Positions 44,797 to 54,373 of a stretch of DNA of 54,373 bases are shown one piece after another. A model generated the notes under the pieces. It ran no database searches and was not told the origin of the DNA. It worked only from the letters and a program-made list of their open reading frames with translations. The DNA is taken from positions 1 to 54,373 of the forward strand of contig CANHSF010000001.1 in assembly GCA_947463065.1 (NCBI GenBank), read 5' to 3'. Numbering within the stretch: the stretch's first letter is position 1; every line of letters begins with the position of its first letter. A program made the position numbers and the translations under genes. The DNA comes from Flavobacteriales bacterium (GTDB taxonomy: Bacteria; Bacteroidota; Bacteroidia; Flavobacteriales_D; Sanyastnellaceae).

Positions 44797-47631
44797 TTAT
44801 GCCGGTTGTTCCTCGTACATCTCCATTGGAGGGCAGGTGCACACCAAATTCCGATCACCAAATGCATTGTCCACACGACCAACGTATGTCCAAAACTTAT
44901 TCTCCCTCAAACCAGCCATAGGATAAGCCGCTTTCTCGCGCGAATAAGAGTGATTCCAAGCATCAGCGGTCAATTCCAATGCCGTATGCGGAGCCATTTT
45001 CAATACGTTGTCCGTTTTGTCCACCTGTCCATTTTCGACCTCAGCAATTTCCTTGCGTATAGCGATCATTGCATCGCAAAAACGATCCAATTCAGCCTTT
45101 GGCTCACTTTCGGTCGGTTCAATCATCAATGTACCGGCCACTGGGAACGACACGGTTGGTGCATGGAAACCATAATCCATAAGGCGCTTGGCAATGTCCT
45201 CTACTTCAATTCCGAACTTCTTGAATTCGCGGCAGTCCAAAATCATTTCGTGTGCCACATGGCCGTGGGTTCCGGTATACAACACATCGTAATGCTGTTG
45301 CAACCTAGCCTTCATATAGTTGGCATTGAAGATGGCGTAACGCGTTGAATCCTCGACCCCTTTATAGCCCAACATCTTGATGTAACCATATGAAATGAGC
45401 AGAATCAATGCACTGCCAAATGGTGCCGCAGATACGCCGTGTATTGCTTTTTCTCCTCCCGTCTGGACATTGGCATTGCCTGGAAGAAACGGCACCAATT
45501 TACTGTTCACACCGATGGGTCCCATGCCGGGGCCACCACCGCCATGCGGAATGGCAAAGGTTTTATGCAAATTCAAGTGACACACATCGGCACCGATATT
45601 ACCGGGCGAAGTCAAACCAACCTGGGCATTCATGTTTGCGCCATCCATGTAAACCAATCCACCATTCTCGTGAATGATGCGGGTAATGTCTTTGATCGCT
45701 TCCTCAAATACACCATGGGTGCTTGGATAGGTCACCATCAAGGCGGCCAAATGATCCTTGTGCTGGATTGCCTTGTCAGACAAATCCGCCACATCTACAT
45801 TTCCATTGTCGTCGCATTTGACCACAACCACTTGCAATCCCGCCATAACCGCACTTGCTGGATTGGTTCCATGCGCAGATGAAGGTATGAGGCAAATGTT
45901 GCGATGGCCTTCTCCACGGTTTTCATGGTAGGCCATAATGACCAAAAGCCCAGCCAACTCGCCTTGAGCCCCGCTATTGGGCTGCAAGCTCATGCCGTCG
46001 AAACCGGTGCATTGACAAAGGTCATCATGCAATTCATTCAAAATCTCGGTATAACCCTTTACTTGATCGGCCGGTGCAAATGGATGCACATCACTGAACT
46101 CGGGCCAAGTCAATGGAATCATTTCGCTGGTCGCATTCAATTTCATGGTGCAAGATCCCAATGGAATCATGGCATGTGCGAGCGACAAATCGCGGTTTTC
46201 CAATTTTTTCAAATAGCGCAACATATCGGTTTCACTGCGGTAGGTATGAAAAACCGGGTGGGTCATAAACGATGAAGAACGAGCGCATTCACTTTTCATT
46301 TCACCATCTTTTGCCGGAGTGTATTCTCCACCAAGCAAAGCAACCAGCTCTTTCACGTCGTGCTCTGTGGAGCGCTCGTGGAGCGACACCCCTACGTGCC
46401 CGTTGCCAAAATAACGCAAATTGATTCCTTTGGATTCGGCGGCACTGCGCACTTTTGCTTCATCCGATACTTTTACCAACAAGGTATCAAAAAAAGCTGT
46501 ATTCAATTGGTTTGCGCCCAAACTCTGAGCGAGCGATTTGGTAAGGTGATGAATGCGCGAGGCAATGCGCTTCAGACCCGTTGGTCCATGGTAAATTCCA
46601 TAAGCTGCCGCCATCACCGCCAACAAAGCTTGTGCTGTGCAAATATTGGAAGTCGCCTTTTCGCGGCGAATGTGCTGTTCGCGTGTTTGCAACGACATGC
46701 GCAATGCCATGCGACCGTGGCGATCCTTGGAGACACCGATAATGCGACCAGGCATATTGCGCTTAAAATCTTCTTTGGCACAGAAGAATGCGGCATGCGG
46801 CCCACCAAATCCCATCGGTACACCGAAGCGCTGAGAATTGCCAAAGCACACATCGGCACCCCATTCGCCAGGAGGTGTGATCATGGTCAAGGCCATCAAA
46901 TCCGCTGCACATGACACAAATACGCCAGCCTCGTGGGCGCGTGTGGCAAACTCTGCATAAGTATTGATTTGGCCTGAATTGTTGGGGTATTGCACAAGAG
47001 CACCGAAATAAGAAGCATCAAAAACATGTTGGGTGTAATCGCCAACGACGATCTCAATTTTCAAGTGTTTTGCGCGCCCTCTCAGCACATCCAACGTTTG
47101 AGGGAAGACCTGCTGATCGACAAAGTATTTATTCGCATTGATGAGTTCCTTCTCCTTTGGCATGCTGTGATTGAACATGATCATTGCTTCCACGGCTGCT
47201 GTGGCTTCATCCAAAAGCGAAGCACTGGCAATAGGCAAACCGGTAAGATCGCTGGTGAGGGTTTGGAAATTGAGCAACATCTCCAATCGGCCTTGTGCAA
47301 TCTCTGCCTGGTAAGGGGTATATGCGGTATACCAACCTGGATTCTCCATGATATTGCGCAAGATGACCGAAGGCACAATAGTCGGATGATAACCCATACC
47401 GATATAGCTTTTGTTGACCACATTTTTCTTGGCCTTGTCCCACATGTGCGCCAAATAGTCGTGCTCGCTCATTTCGTTGGAAATGGCCAAAGCCTTGGCA
47501 TTTCGGATGCTCGCTGGCACCGTTTGATCGATGAGTTGATCAATGCTTTCTAAGCCAATGGTTTTGAGCATTTCTGCGCTATCCGTAGCTGTGGGGCCGA
47601 TATGGCGTTGGGTAAAATTCGTAGATGACAT
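44797..47631 (-). CDS. gcvP: glycine dehydrogenase (aminomethyl-transferring), single-chain GcvP
   Basis: Start chosen at ATG 47629-47631 ([13 protein letters not shown]...). The PLP-lysine motif is [19 protein letters not shown]. Length of about 944 aa fits GcvP. Confidence 0.97.
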   Translation of the reverse strand: MSSTNFTQRHIGPTATDSAEMLKTIGLESIDQLIDQTVPASIRNAKALAISNEMSEHDYLAHMWDKAKKNVVNKSYIGMGYHPTIVPSVILRNIMENPGWYTAYTPYQAEIAQGRLEMLLNFQTLTSDLTGLPIASASLLDEATAAVEAMIMFNHSMPKEKELINANKYFVDQQVFPQTLDVLRGRAKHLKIEIVVGDYTQHVFDASYFGALVQYPNNSGQINTYAEFATRAHEAGVFVSCAADLMALTMITPPGEWGADVCFGNSQRFGVPMGFGGPHAAFFCAKEDFKRNMPGRIIGVSKDRHGRMALRMSLQTREQHIRREKATSNICTAQALLAVMAAAYGIYHGPTGLKRIASRIHHLTKSLAQSLGANQLNTAFFDTLLVKVSDEAKVRSAAESKGINLRYFGNGHVGVSLHERSTEHDVKELVALLGGEYTPAKDGEMKSECARSSSFMTHPVFHTYRSETDMLRYLKKLENRDLSLAHAMIPLGSCTMKLNATSEMIPLTWPEFSDVHPFAPADQVKGYTEILNELHDDLCQCTGFDGMSLQPNSGAQGELAGLLVIMAYHENRGEGHRNICLIPSSAHGTNPASAVMAGLQVVVVKCDDNGNVDVADLSDKAIQHKDHLAALMVTYPSTHGVFEEAIKDITRIIHENGGLVYMDGANMNAQVGLTSPGNIGADVCHLNLHKTFAIPHGGGGPGMGPIGVNSKLVPFLPGNANVQTGGEKAIHGVSAAPFGSALILLISYGYIKMLGYKGVEDSTRYAIFNANYMKARLQQHYDVLYTGTHGHVAHEMILDCREFKKFGIEVEDIAKRLMDYGFHAPTVSFPVAGTLMIEPTESEPKAELDRFCDAMIAIRKEIAEVENGQVDKTDNVLKMAPHTALELTADAWNHSYSREKAAYPMAGLRENKFWTYVGRVDNAFGDRNLVCTCPPMEMYEEQPA

Positions 47632-47678
47632 AAATGATGGTCTATGGATTAAGACGGTCTTAATTTGTAATGCGAGGT

Positions 47679-47686
47679 CAAATATA
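47679..47686 (-). promoter_or_regulatory. candidate -7 promoter box (TATATTTG on minus strand) for gcvP
   Basis: Exact TAnnTTTG match 47 nt upstream of the gcvP ATG. Confidence 0.35.
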
Positions 47687-47867
47687 AGTCGCTCAGGGTT
47701 CAATAAAATTCATTTTTGTGTCCTCCTTGCAAAGACAACAGCAGTAAACCAACCGAAGCAGATTGAATGTTCAATCCTTGCGCAAATTCAGAAAGATTTG
47801 TCAATGCGCGACACGAAGGGAACAGCGAGAATAGCTCCGTTGCGGCCCAAAAAAGAAATGGGATGTG

Positions 47868-47875
47868 TACATTTG
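47868..47875 (+). promoter_or_regulatory. candidate -7 promoter box (TACATTTG)
   Basis: Exact TAnnTTTG match 5 nt upstream of ATG 47881. Confidence 0.35.
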
Positions 47876-47880
47876 CGCTC

Positions 47881-48366
47881 ATGGCAGAAAATCTCTTCGT
47901 CGCAGAAACAACGGATAAACAGGAACGCTACCTCGCGTTATTGCCACAGCTCCAAGCATTGATGGATCCCAAAGCAGGGGCGACTGCCAACGTTGCCAAT
48001 GCAATGGCTGCACTAAAGCAAACATTCGGTTGGTTGTGGATCGGTGTGTACATGGTACAAGACGATCACTTGGAGTTGGGTCCATTTCAAGGACCGATTG
48101 CCTGCACCCGAATCGAAAAAGGCAAAGGCGTGTGCGGCAGCGCATGGAACGAGAACCGGACTCTAGTGGTTCCCGATGTAGAGGCTTTCCCCGGTCATAT
48201 TGCTTGCAGTTCGGCATCGCGATCCGAGATTGTTGTCCCGATCCAGATTGACGGACAATGCATTGGTGTGATCGATGCAGACAGCGAGCGGTTGGACGAT
48301 TTCGACACCACAGATCAACAGTTTCTCGAACGAATTTCAGAAATGCTAAGTAAATTGTATGTTTAA
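47881..48366 (+). CDS. GAF domain protein (free methionine-(R)-sulfoxide reductase-like, MsrC/YebR family)
   Basis: Start chosen at ATG 47881. About 161 aa with WIGVYMV...LELGPFQGPIACTRIEKGKGVCGSAW...VVPDVEAFPGHIACSSASRSEIVVPI, which matches the single-GAF fRMsr pattern. Confidence 0.8.
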   Translation: MAENLFVAETTDKQERYLALLPQLQALMDPKAGATANVANAMAALKQTFGWLWIGVYMVQDDHLELGPFQGPIACTRIEKGKGVCGSAWNENRTLVVPDVEAFPGHIACSSASRSEIVVPIQIDGQCIGVIDADSERLDDFDTTDQQFLERISEMLSKLYV

Positions 48367-49930
48367 AGCACTTCGCCATTTTGAATTCGCTTTGGCACTG
48401 CTCATTGTGGGATGCGCCCAAGTAAAGCCCATTCCCGGCGGCCAAAAGGACGATCAACCTCCAAAGGTGATCGATTATAACCCCTCCAATGAAAGAGTTC
48501 GGTTCGGATCCAAGAGCTTTGTTATCACATTCGACGAATACGTAGCACTCAACAACATCCAACAAGAATTGGTGGTGTCGCCGCCCTTGTTATCTCCACC
48601 CAAAGTTGAAGTACGGAAAAAGAGTGTGGTAGTCAGTTGGAAAGAAGATTTGCTCCCCAATACCACCTATAATTTTCAATTCGGCGACGGCATCGCAGAC
48701 ATCAACGAAGGCAACAAAGCCAAAGACCTTCAATACGTCTTTGCGACAGGCGATGCACTGGATTCGGCCCAATGTACCTTTCAAGTGATCGACAACAATA
48801 CAGGAGAATACAAAAAGGACATCAGGGTATTGCTCTTTGATTCCGACAGCTCGTTTTTTGTAAGCCGTCCGAGGCCATCGCACACCGCCAAAACCAATTC
48901 CAATGGCTTGGCTCAATTCAGGTACATGCAAAACGGCGCTTTTGTGGTGTATGGACTCGACGATACCAATGGCAACTACCGCCTCGACGATGGCGAAAAA
49001 GTAGCCTTCTTGCCGACCGCCTTTGATATCTCAGGGATTGATACGACAGCAAATGTTCTCAGGCTGTGTCAAGCTCTGCCCGAAACACGAAGGGTAGACA
49101 ACTATCTGGTGGACTCCACGGGAACTCTTCATTTTTTTTGGCCCAAACAATGGGGTGCAGTCGAAGTGCGCGCATTGAATGCACAACCGCTCAACCAATG
49201 GCAGGACAGCGCCAACGATAGCGTATGGGTGAGTTTATTGGGGCTTCCAACAGACGGTTATGTCTCTTTGGTGGTCCAAAACAAAATAGAAGTCAGCGAC
49301 ACGATCAATGTCCCCTTCTTCAACCAGCTGGAAGACCGATGGATTCCTTCGCTCCAAAAGCCAAAATTTTTGCGCGATGAAGTGCCCGCATGGACAGCGC
49401 CGTTTCGATTCGACATTCAAACAACAGAGCAACAACTGCGGCTTTCGGACACCATCATCGTTCAAGGGAATTGGAAATTGGGTGCCCTTCCGGGGGAACT
49501 GAGCCTCGAGGGCATCAATCGACCAGGTACATACAAAGGTGTCGTACTGCCAGGGGCATTGCGCAATCCCTCCGGAGTTGTGAACGATAGCGCCACTTTT
49601 GAATTCAGCATTTTGGGCGAAAAAGACCTTGGAACCTTGAAAGTGGATTTAAGCAATTGGAACATTCAAGGAGTCTATTTCCTCGAGTTGATCGACAAGC
49701 AAAACAACATTGCCAAAGCACAACGCATAGAAGGATCTGGTGCTTGGACGATTAAAAACATTGTTCCGGGAGAATACAGTTTGCGCATCTGGCAAGACAT
49801 CAATAACAACGGTATTCCGGATCTAACCCATATCAAGACGAAACAAGAAGCCGAACCTTATTCCATCTTGAGTAAACAAGTTTTGATACGTGCGAATTGG
49901 GAGATTCAAATCCAACCCACGCAGCGCTAA
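48359..49930 (+). CDS. Ig-like domain lipoprotein, unknown function
   Basis: 523 aa with lipoprotein signal ALALLIVGCAQ. The N-terminal SbsA-type Ig-like segment is DDQPPKVIDYNPSNERVRFGSKSFVITFDEYV. It overlaps the GAF gene by 8 nt. Confidence 0.7.
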   Translation: MFKALRHFEFALALLIVGCAQVKPIPGGQKDDQPPKVIDYNPSNERVRFGSKSFVITFDEYVALNNIQQELVVSPPLLSPPKVEVRKKSVVVSWKEDLLPNTTYNFQFGDGIADINEGNKAKDLQYVFATGDALDSAQCTFQVIDNNTGEYKKDIRVLLFDSDSSFFVSRPRPSHTAKTNSNGLAQFRYMQNGAFVVYGLDDTNGNYRLDDGEKVAFLPTAFDISGIDTTANVLRLCQALPETRRVDNYLVDSTGTLHFFWPKQWGAVEVRALNAQPLNQWQDSANDSVWVSLLGLPTDGYVSLVVQNKIEVSDTINVPFFNQLEDRWIPSLQKPKFLRDEVPAWTAPFRFDIQTTEQQLRLSDTIIVQGNWKLGALPGELSLEGINRPGTYKGVVLPGALRNPSGVVNDSATFEFSILGEKDLGTLKVDLSNWNIQGVYFLELIDKQNNIAKAQRIEGSGAWTIKNIVPGEYSLRIWQDINNNGIPDLTHIKTKQEAEPYSILSKQVLIRANWEIQIQPTQR

Positions 49931-50796
49931 AACTGCACGTAAAGCCTGCGCTTAAACCGTGGCTTATCCTTTTTATCGATGCACAGTTTTTTGTAATTGT
50001 TTTCGGCGTCCGAATCTCCAAGGTTAGCCGCTTCGACCCAATCGCCGCAAGCGCCTTCCATATCGTGCAAGTTGTAGAGCGCTTCGCCTCGATAGTACAA
50101 TACTTCCGCCTTAAAATCCACATTCTCCAAACGCAATTCAGACAACAATTCCGCTGCATTTTTAAATTGCCCCATATCCAACATAATGACAGCCATATTC
50201 ATCTTGGCCCTATGCTCTGCTGGCTTTAGTGCATATGCGGTTTGAAAGTCCTCAAAAGCCAAGTTCATTTTGTTTTGATCGGCATAATTTGCCGCTCGCA
50301 AATAGTAGGCCTCAGCATATGTGCTATCCAAAAAGAGTGCTTCGGACAGGTACCTCAAAGATGCCTTGTGCTCCATCATCATGTATTCGATGGTCGCCAA
50401 CCAATAATACCCTTTTGGGTCCTCTTCGTGGCGCTGCAAATAATTCGTCAAATCTATTTTTGCCGACTCATAAAGGGCCAACGACACCTTGCAAATGCCC
50501 CTATGAAGATAGATATCGTCCTTGCCATAACCCAGGATTTTGGCCCGATCATAATCGTCCAATGCTTCGGCAAAACTGGACAGCTTGTGGCGGCAATCTG
50601 CGCGCAACATGTACATCTCCGGAGTAGGTTGTTGGGCCATATCGATTTCGACCGCTGCAATGGCCTTGGAATATTCTCCGGATAGATAGAGCTCTTTGGC
50701 TTGATCGTAGGCCGACTGGGCATGAGCATCTAACGTCTTGGCCATTGTCAAGGCCAGGGCCCATCCGAAAAGCAGTGTGCGAAATTGTACTTTCAT
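49927..50796 (-). CDS. secreted tetratricopeptide-repeat protein
   Basis: Start chosen at ATG 50794-50796 (MKVQFRTLLFGWALALTMAKTLDAHA). Several TPR-like units are present (AIAAVEIDMAQQP..., YAEAYYLRAANYADQNKMNLAFEDFQTAYALKP). Confidence 0.75.
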   Translation of the reverse strand: MKVQFRTLLFGWALALTMAKTLDAHAQSAYDQAKELYLSGEYSKAIAAVEIDMAQQPTPEMYMLRADCRHKLSSFAEALDDYDRAKILGYGKDDIYLHRGICKVSLALYESAKIDLTNYLQRHEEDPKGYYWLATIEYMMMEHKASLRYLSEALFLDSTYAEAYYLRAANYADQNKMNLAFEDFQTAYALKPAEHRAKMNMAVIMLDMGQFKNAAELLSELRLENVDFKAEVLYYRGEALYNLHDMEGACGDWVEAANLGDSDAENNYKKLCIDKKDKPRFKRRLYVQF

Positions 50797-50941
50797 GTAA
50801 TTGTGCTTGCAGTTTGACTCCATAGTGTTGGACATTCTAATCCCAACGGGCATTTGTACGAACATGATGCCAAATGGTTCGGTTAATGTTCGCTGCCCTC
50901 CAACCGATGCGGCAAAACTTGTTACAATCCCATGAAATCAT

Positions 50942-50949
50942 TAGTTTTG
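50942..50949 (+). promoter_or_regulatory. candidate -7 promoter box (TAGTTTTG)
   Basis: Exact TAnnTTTG match 26 nt upstream of ATG 50976. Confidence 0.35.
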
Positions 50950-50975
50950 CCCATCTTGAAACACTCCCACAGCCC

Positions 50976-52154
50976 ATGTTAAAGTCCATTGTTCTTTGGT
51001 CCAAGCGAATCCTATTGGGCATCTTCGTACTTGTCGGAATTACCGTCGTTACTTTGGTGTTCACCGGCAATAGCCACATTTTTCGAGGCATTTCCAAAAC
51101 CTATTTGGTGGGCAAGCCCAATGCAGACATCGATGACATGTACCTCTTCGATGTAAGTACCATTCCCGCAGATCATCCGCAATCGTGGGTGCTTTCACCC
51201 CGACTGAACCAATACGCACCCACACAAGTTCAGCTCAACACCATGGATTCGATGCAAACCACTGCTTTCCTTGTGATCAAAGCAGACAGTCTCATTTTTG
51301 AGCAGTATTGGCGCGATGGAGGACGCGACGTGGTGAGCAATTCATTCAGCATGGCCAAAAGCTTTACCTCCATGATGATCGGTAAGGCGATTGACGAAGG
51401 CTACATCAAAAGTGTAGACCAACCCGTAGGCGACTTCATCCCGGAATACAGCACCGGCGCCAACGCTCAACTCACCATTCGCCACTTGCTCACCATGACG
51501 AGCGGCATTCCGTTTGGCGAAGATTACAGCAACCCCTTCGGCTTCATGGCGAAAGTGTATTACGGCACCGATATCGAACAGCAAACCCTGGGGTATCAAG
51601 TCGAAAAAACACCCGGAACATTTTGGAAGTACGAAGGAGGGAACACCTTGCTTCTGGGCATGATCATCAAACGCAGCACCGGACGAACGCCAAGCGAGTA
51701 TTTCTTCCAAAAATTTTGGTCATGCATTGGAGCAGAACACGCAGCGTATTGGAACTTGGAATGTCCAGGGGGCATGGAAAAAACATTTTCTGGTTTTTAC
51801 GCAACGGCTCGCGATTTCGCACGCATCGGCAAACTCATGTTGAATCGAGGCACTTGGGCGAACGACACGCTGTTGAGTCCAGAATTTGTGGATGCTGTAT
51901 TCATGCCCTGTGCTGTTTCGGATGAAAAAAATGAATTGTGTTCCTGGTACGGCTATCAATGGTGGATGGGCGAACACCAAGGGACCGCCTTTCAATGTGC
52001 ACGTGGCATGCTTGGACAATACATCATCATGATCCCCAAAGACCAACTCATCATCGTGCGTCTCGGGCACAAACAAAAACCAGAGCGCGTGCGCCATATG
52101 CCGCCCGATATCTACACATACATTGAGGCAGGTTATGCTGCCGCTGGTTTGTAA
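50976..52154 (+). CDS. membrane-anchored serine hydrolase (beta-lactamase / PBP4* family)
   Basis: Start chosen at ATG 50976, giving the TM anchor ILLGIFVLVGITVVTLVF. The SxxK motif is SMAK (FSMAKSFTSMMIG) and a YxN-like motif is YSN. Confidence 0.8.
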   Translation: MLKSIVLWSKRILLGIFVLVGITVVTLVFTGNSHIFRGISKTYLVGKPNADIDDMYLFDVSTIPADHPQSWVLSPRLNQYAPTQVQLNTMDSMQTTAFLVIKADSLIFEQYWRDGGRDVVSNSFSMAKSFTSMMIGKAIDEGYIKSVDQPVGDFIPEYSTGANAQLTIRHLLTMTSGIPFGEDYSNPFGFMAKVYYGTDIEQQTLGYQVEKTPGTFWKYEGGNTLLLGMIIKRSTGRTPSEYFFQKFWSCIGAEHAAYWNLECPGGMEKTFSGFYATARDFARIGKLMLNRGTWANDTLLSPEFVDAVFMPCAVSDEKNELCSWYGYQWWMGEHQGTAFQCARGMLGQYIIMIPKDQLIIVRLGHKQKPERVRHMPPDIYTYIEAGYAAAGL

Positions 52155-52167
52155 ACGATTTGAATTT

Positions 52168-52575
52168 ATGCGCAAAGACATCGATATCCACGACGACCTT
52201 TACCTTGCCCTCGGCTTTGTTCCCATGCCCGCAGAAGACGGCGCTCAACCGCAATGGGAGGCTTATGTTTTCAATGCCAAAAAAACCGAATTGAAGCACA
52301 TTATCATCAATGTTTCAGCTATCGGTGTGATTGACGGCGTAGAAAAAGAAACAGCCACCATGCGATTCTACTTGGAAAAACTGGAGGCCGAATCGTGCAA
52401 AAAATTTGAGGTGCTGATGCACGAAACATTGTTATTGGACAACACCTATTGGATCAGCTTCTACGAAGAGGATCAAATCGGCGAAAAAAAACTGCATGTG
52501 CAATTGGGCCATCGATGGTCCGATGACTTGTCCATCTTACCCCTCATAGACAAGGCGGGTATTTTTTGTGTATAA
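52168..52575 (+). CDS. hypothetical cytoplasmic protein (135 aa)
   Basis: ATG 52168 lies 13 nt after the hydrolase stop. No signal peptide and no recognisable family. Confidence 0.55.
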   Translation: MRKDIDIHDDLYLALGFVPMPAEDGAQPQWEAYVFNAKKTELKHIIINVSAIGVIDGVEKETATMRFYLEKLEAESCKKFEVLMHETLLLDNTYWISFYEEDQIGEKKLHVQLGHRWSDDLSILPLIDKAGIFCV

Positions 52576-52640
52576 CATTGCACTGGGAGAAGAAGCGGTC
52601 ATTGCAAAGGCATTTGATCTTTGCAAAAACTACTACTCAA

Positions 52641-53384
52641 ATGACTACTTCTTCTACACCTCTTTTGGAGGACATCCTGTTTTTGGATATCGAAACCGTT
52701 GCCCAAACCCATCAATTGTCGGAACTCGATGCCGATTGGCAGCACCTATGGACCGAAAAATCACGGTTTCAGCGCGAGCGCAAACAAATCACTCCCGAAC
52801 AATCTTACGAGGAGGCCGGGATCTATGCTGAATTCGGCAAAATCATCTGCATCAGTGCAGGTTACTTTCGGCAAGAAAAAGAAGACTTCAAATTTCATGT
52901 CACCTCCTTCTACGGCACCGATGAACGGCAAATCTTAGAAACCTTTGTAGCATTTGTAGATGCTTCATGGCGAAAGCTTTGTGCCCACAACGGAAAAGAA
53001 TTTGACTTCCCGTTTCTCTGTCGGCGCCTATTGGTGCATGGTTTGGAGATACCGGATGTACTCGATCTATCGGGCAAAAAGCCGTGGGAAAACCCACACA
53101 TCGACACCATGGAAATGTGGAAGTTTGGCGACTTCAAGCACTACACCTCTCTTCGTTTGCTGGCAAAACTGCTTCATCTTCCAACACCCAAGGACGATAT
53201 CGATGGCAGCCGCATCCGCGAGGTGTTTTACCAGGACAATGATCTCGAACGCATCGAACGCTATTGCAAAAAAGATGTGGTCACTGTGGCCCGCATTTAC
53301 CTTCGTCTCAAAACCATGGGGGACCTCACCGAGGATGAGCTTTGCTGGGAGTCACCCACCAGGCTTGACCTGCAGCCCGCTTGA
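52641..53384 (+). CDS. DEDDy-type 3'-5' exonuclease, PolB-exonuclease-like (RNase H fold)
   Basis: Start chosen at ATG 52641. The three exonuclease motifs are Exo I LFLDIETV, Exo II AHNGKEFDFPFL and Exo III YCKKDVVTVARIY. Confidence 0.8.
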   Translation: MTTSSTPLLEDILFLDIETVAQTHQLSELDADWQHLWTEKSRFQRERKQITPEQSYEEAGIYAEFGKIICISAGYFRQEKEDFKFHVTSFYGTDERQILETFVAFVDASWRKLCAHNGKEFDFPFLCRRLLVHGLEIPDVLDLSGKKPWENPHIDTMEMWKFGDFKHYTSLRLLAKLLHLPTPKDDIDGSRIREVFYQDNDLERIERYCKKDVVTVARIYLRLKTMGDLTEDELCWESPTRLDLQPA

Positions 53385-53385
53385 C

Positions 53386-53416
53386 AAAAAAAAACGCCCG
53401 ATCAACGGGCGTTTTT
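53386..53416. terminator. bidirectional rho-independent terminator
   Basis: An A9 run is followed by stem aacgcccg (53393-53400), loop atcaa, stem cgggcgtt (53406-53413) and a T-run. It lies between convergent genes. Confidence 0.85.
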
Positions 53417-53431
53417 AAAAGTTTTGAGGGA

Positions 53432-54265
53432 TTAGAAGGGCGCCACTTGAATACCGACCGACACCGGATAAACCTCAGGGCCATCATTCTTCGTGAACAA
53501 TGGGGTCAATCCGTAATTGGCAAATACCGTGAAATTGCCGTATCCAATGCGCACACTCGCATCCAAGGTGAATGGGGAGAAATTGAAATCGCCCTTAACG
53601 CGCTCATTGTATTTGTCGTCGCCATTTTCCCATTTTTGGCGTGTCAACGAGCCCAACTTCAGACCTGTGGTTACCCCTGCACTCACATGAAACGACTTGC
53701 TCAACTGGTCGCTGGTGTTAAACTCCAACATGACCGGCACATTCAAGTAAGTCACGCGCAATGTGTTTTTGGTAAAATCCTGCAATTGTGGATCAATCTC
53801 GATCCCAGTAGTTCCTGTGGAGTCGGTATTGACGACTTTGACATTGTTGCGCAAACCGTAACTGTTGTAGGTGATACCAGCACCCACCATGATGCCAACA
53901 TAGTCCTTATACAGGCGGATTTTTTGTTCGATCAAGTTCAATCTCCAAGTCAACGAGCGCGCGTAGTCCAACTCGAGCCAATTCATGGTAGAATCGAATT
54001 CAGTGCCTCCACTGCTATTGAGCAAAATGTTTACGCCGAGATCTACCCCTGCAAAATGGGTCAATTCCAAACGATCGCTAGGCCCATTGTCGGAATACTC
54101 GACGGCTGTGGAATCGTTGTTGGTTGGGTCTTCATCGATAAGAATAATGCGGGTATCTCCGATTTTCATGTTGGTGGTATCTGCGGCAACCTTTGACGAA
54201 TCGGCTTGTGCAAATGCTGTAGCGCTCGATACGAGGGTCAATACAGCGAGGATCATCTGTTTCAT
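53432..54265 (-). CDS. outer-membrane beta-barrel (porin-family) protein
   Basis: Start chosen at ATG 54263-54265 (MKQMILAVLTLVSSATAFAQ). Alternating beta-strand pattern ends in GIQVAPF with a terminal Phe. Confidence 0.75.
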   Translation of the reverse strand: MKQMILAVLTLVSSATAFAQADSSKVAADTTNMKIGDTRIILIDEDPTNNDSTAVEYSDNGPSDRLELTHFAGVDLGVNILLNSSGGTEFDSTMNWLELDYARSLTWRLNLIEQKIRLYKDYVGIMVGAGITYNSYGLRNNVKVVNTDSTGTTGIEIDPQLQDFTKNTLRVTYLNVPVMLEFNTSDQLSKSFHVSAGVTTGLKLGSLTRQKWENGDDKYNERVKGDFNFSPFTLDASVRIGYGNFTVFANYGLTPLFTKNDGPEVYPVSVGIQVAPF

Positions 54266-54373
54266 AGTGCTTTGTGTTTTGATGATAAGTACATTCATTT
54301 GATCGTGGGACGCCTCGCTTGTTATTTTAGTTACACAGAAAAAAGAAAAAAACCCAACTCGCTGATTTTCAAA

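Noticed and set aside
47632-47760. Glycine riboswitch upstream of gcvP.
   Set aside because: I could not find the conserved GGAGAG...CACCG...CTCAGG-type core in either orientation. Only a DNA palindrome is present, and that is reported as a finding.
1-54373. CRISPR arrays, IS elements, rRNA, tmRNA, RNase P RNA or SRP RNA.
   Set aside because: I saw no regularly spaced direct repeats, no transposase-like ORFs with terminal inverted repeats, and none of the conserved RNA signatures I know (for example GGAAAGTCC for RNase P, or a tRNA-Ala-like tmRNA end). This was a scan by eye, so small RNAs cannot be excluded.

Overview
Read by eye, without tools. This looks like a chromosomal segment of a Bacteroidota genome. 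The evidence is gldH, three cargo proteins with type IX secretion (T9SS) C-terminal sorting domains, an exbB-exbD-exbD-tonB cluster, and repeated TAnnTTTG -7 promoter boxes. Hand-counted GC is roughly 47-55%. I support about 41 CDS and 2 tRNAs (Leu-CAA, Gln-UUG), plus several clean rho-independent terminators. There is no rRNA, CRISPR array, transposase or integrase. Housekeeping genes include a truncated mnmH/selU, lysS, rlmN, a polyprenyl synthase, recO, holB, a PSP1/RicT-like gene, gldH, gcvP and cvpA. Accessory content includes a CusA/CzcA-type metal efflux operon, three large T9SS cargo or adhesin genes, and several secreted proteins of unknown function. No complete novel system is evident. 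The candidates most worth follow-up are: (1) the efflux adaptor, which has a fused His-flanked periplasmic domain and TM hairpin, together with the His-rich small protein that leads the operon; (2) a lower-GC 3.6 kb T9SS cargo gene followed by about 370 bp of noncoding DNA; (3) a T9SS cargo gene whose signal peptide is complete only with a non-canonical ATT start; (4) 9-nt homopolymer tracts in the 5' end of a lipoprotein CDS and just upstream of the 1265-aa adhesin; (5) a hydrolase/unknown/DEDDy-exonuclease operon; (6) a secreted 522-aa protein beside tRNA-Leu with a coupled upstream small ORF. Family assignments come from motif recognition only and need database confirmation.
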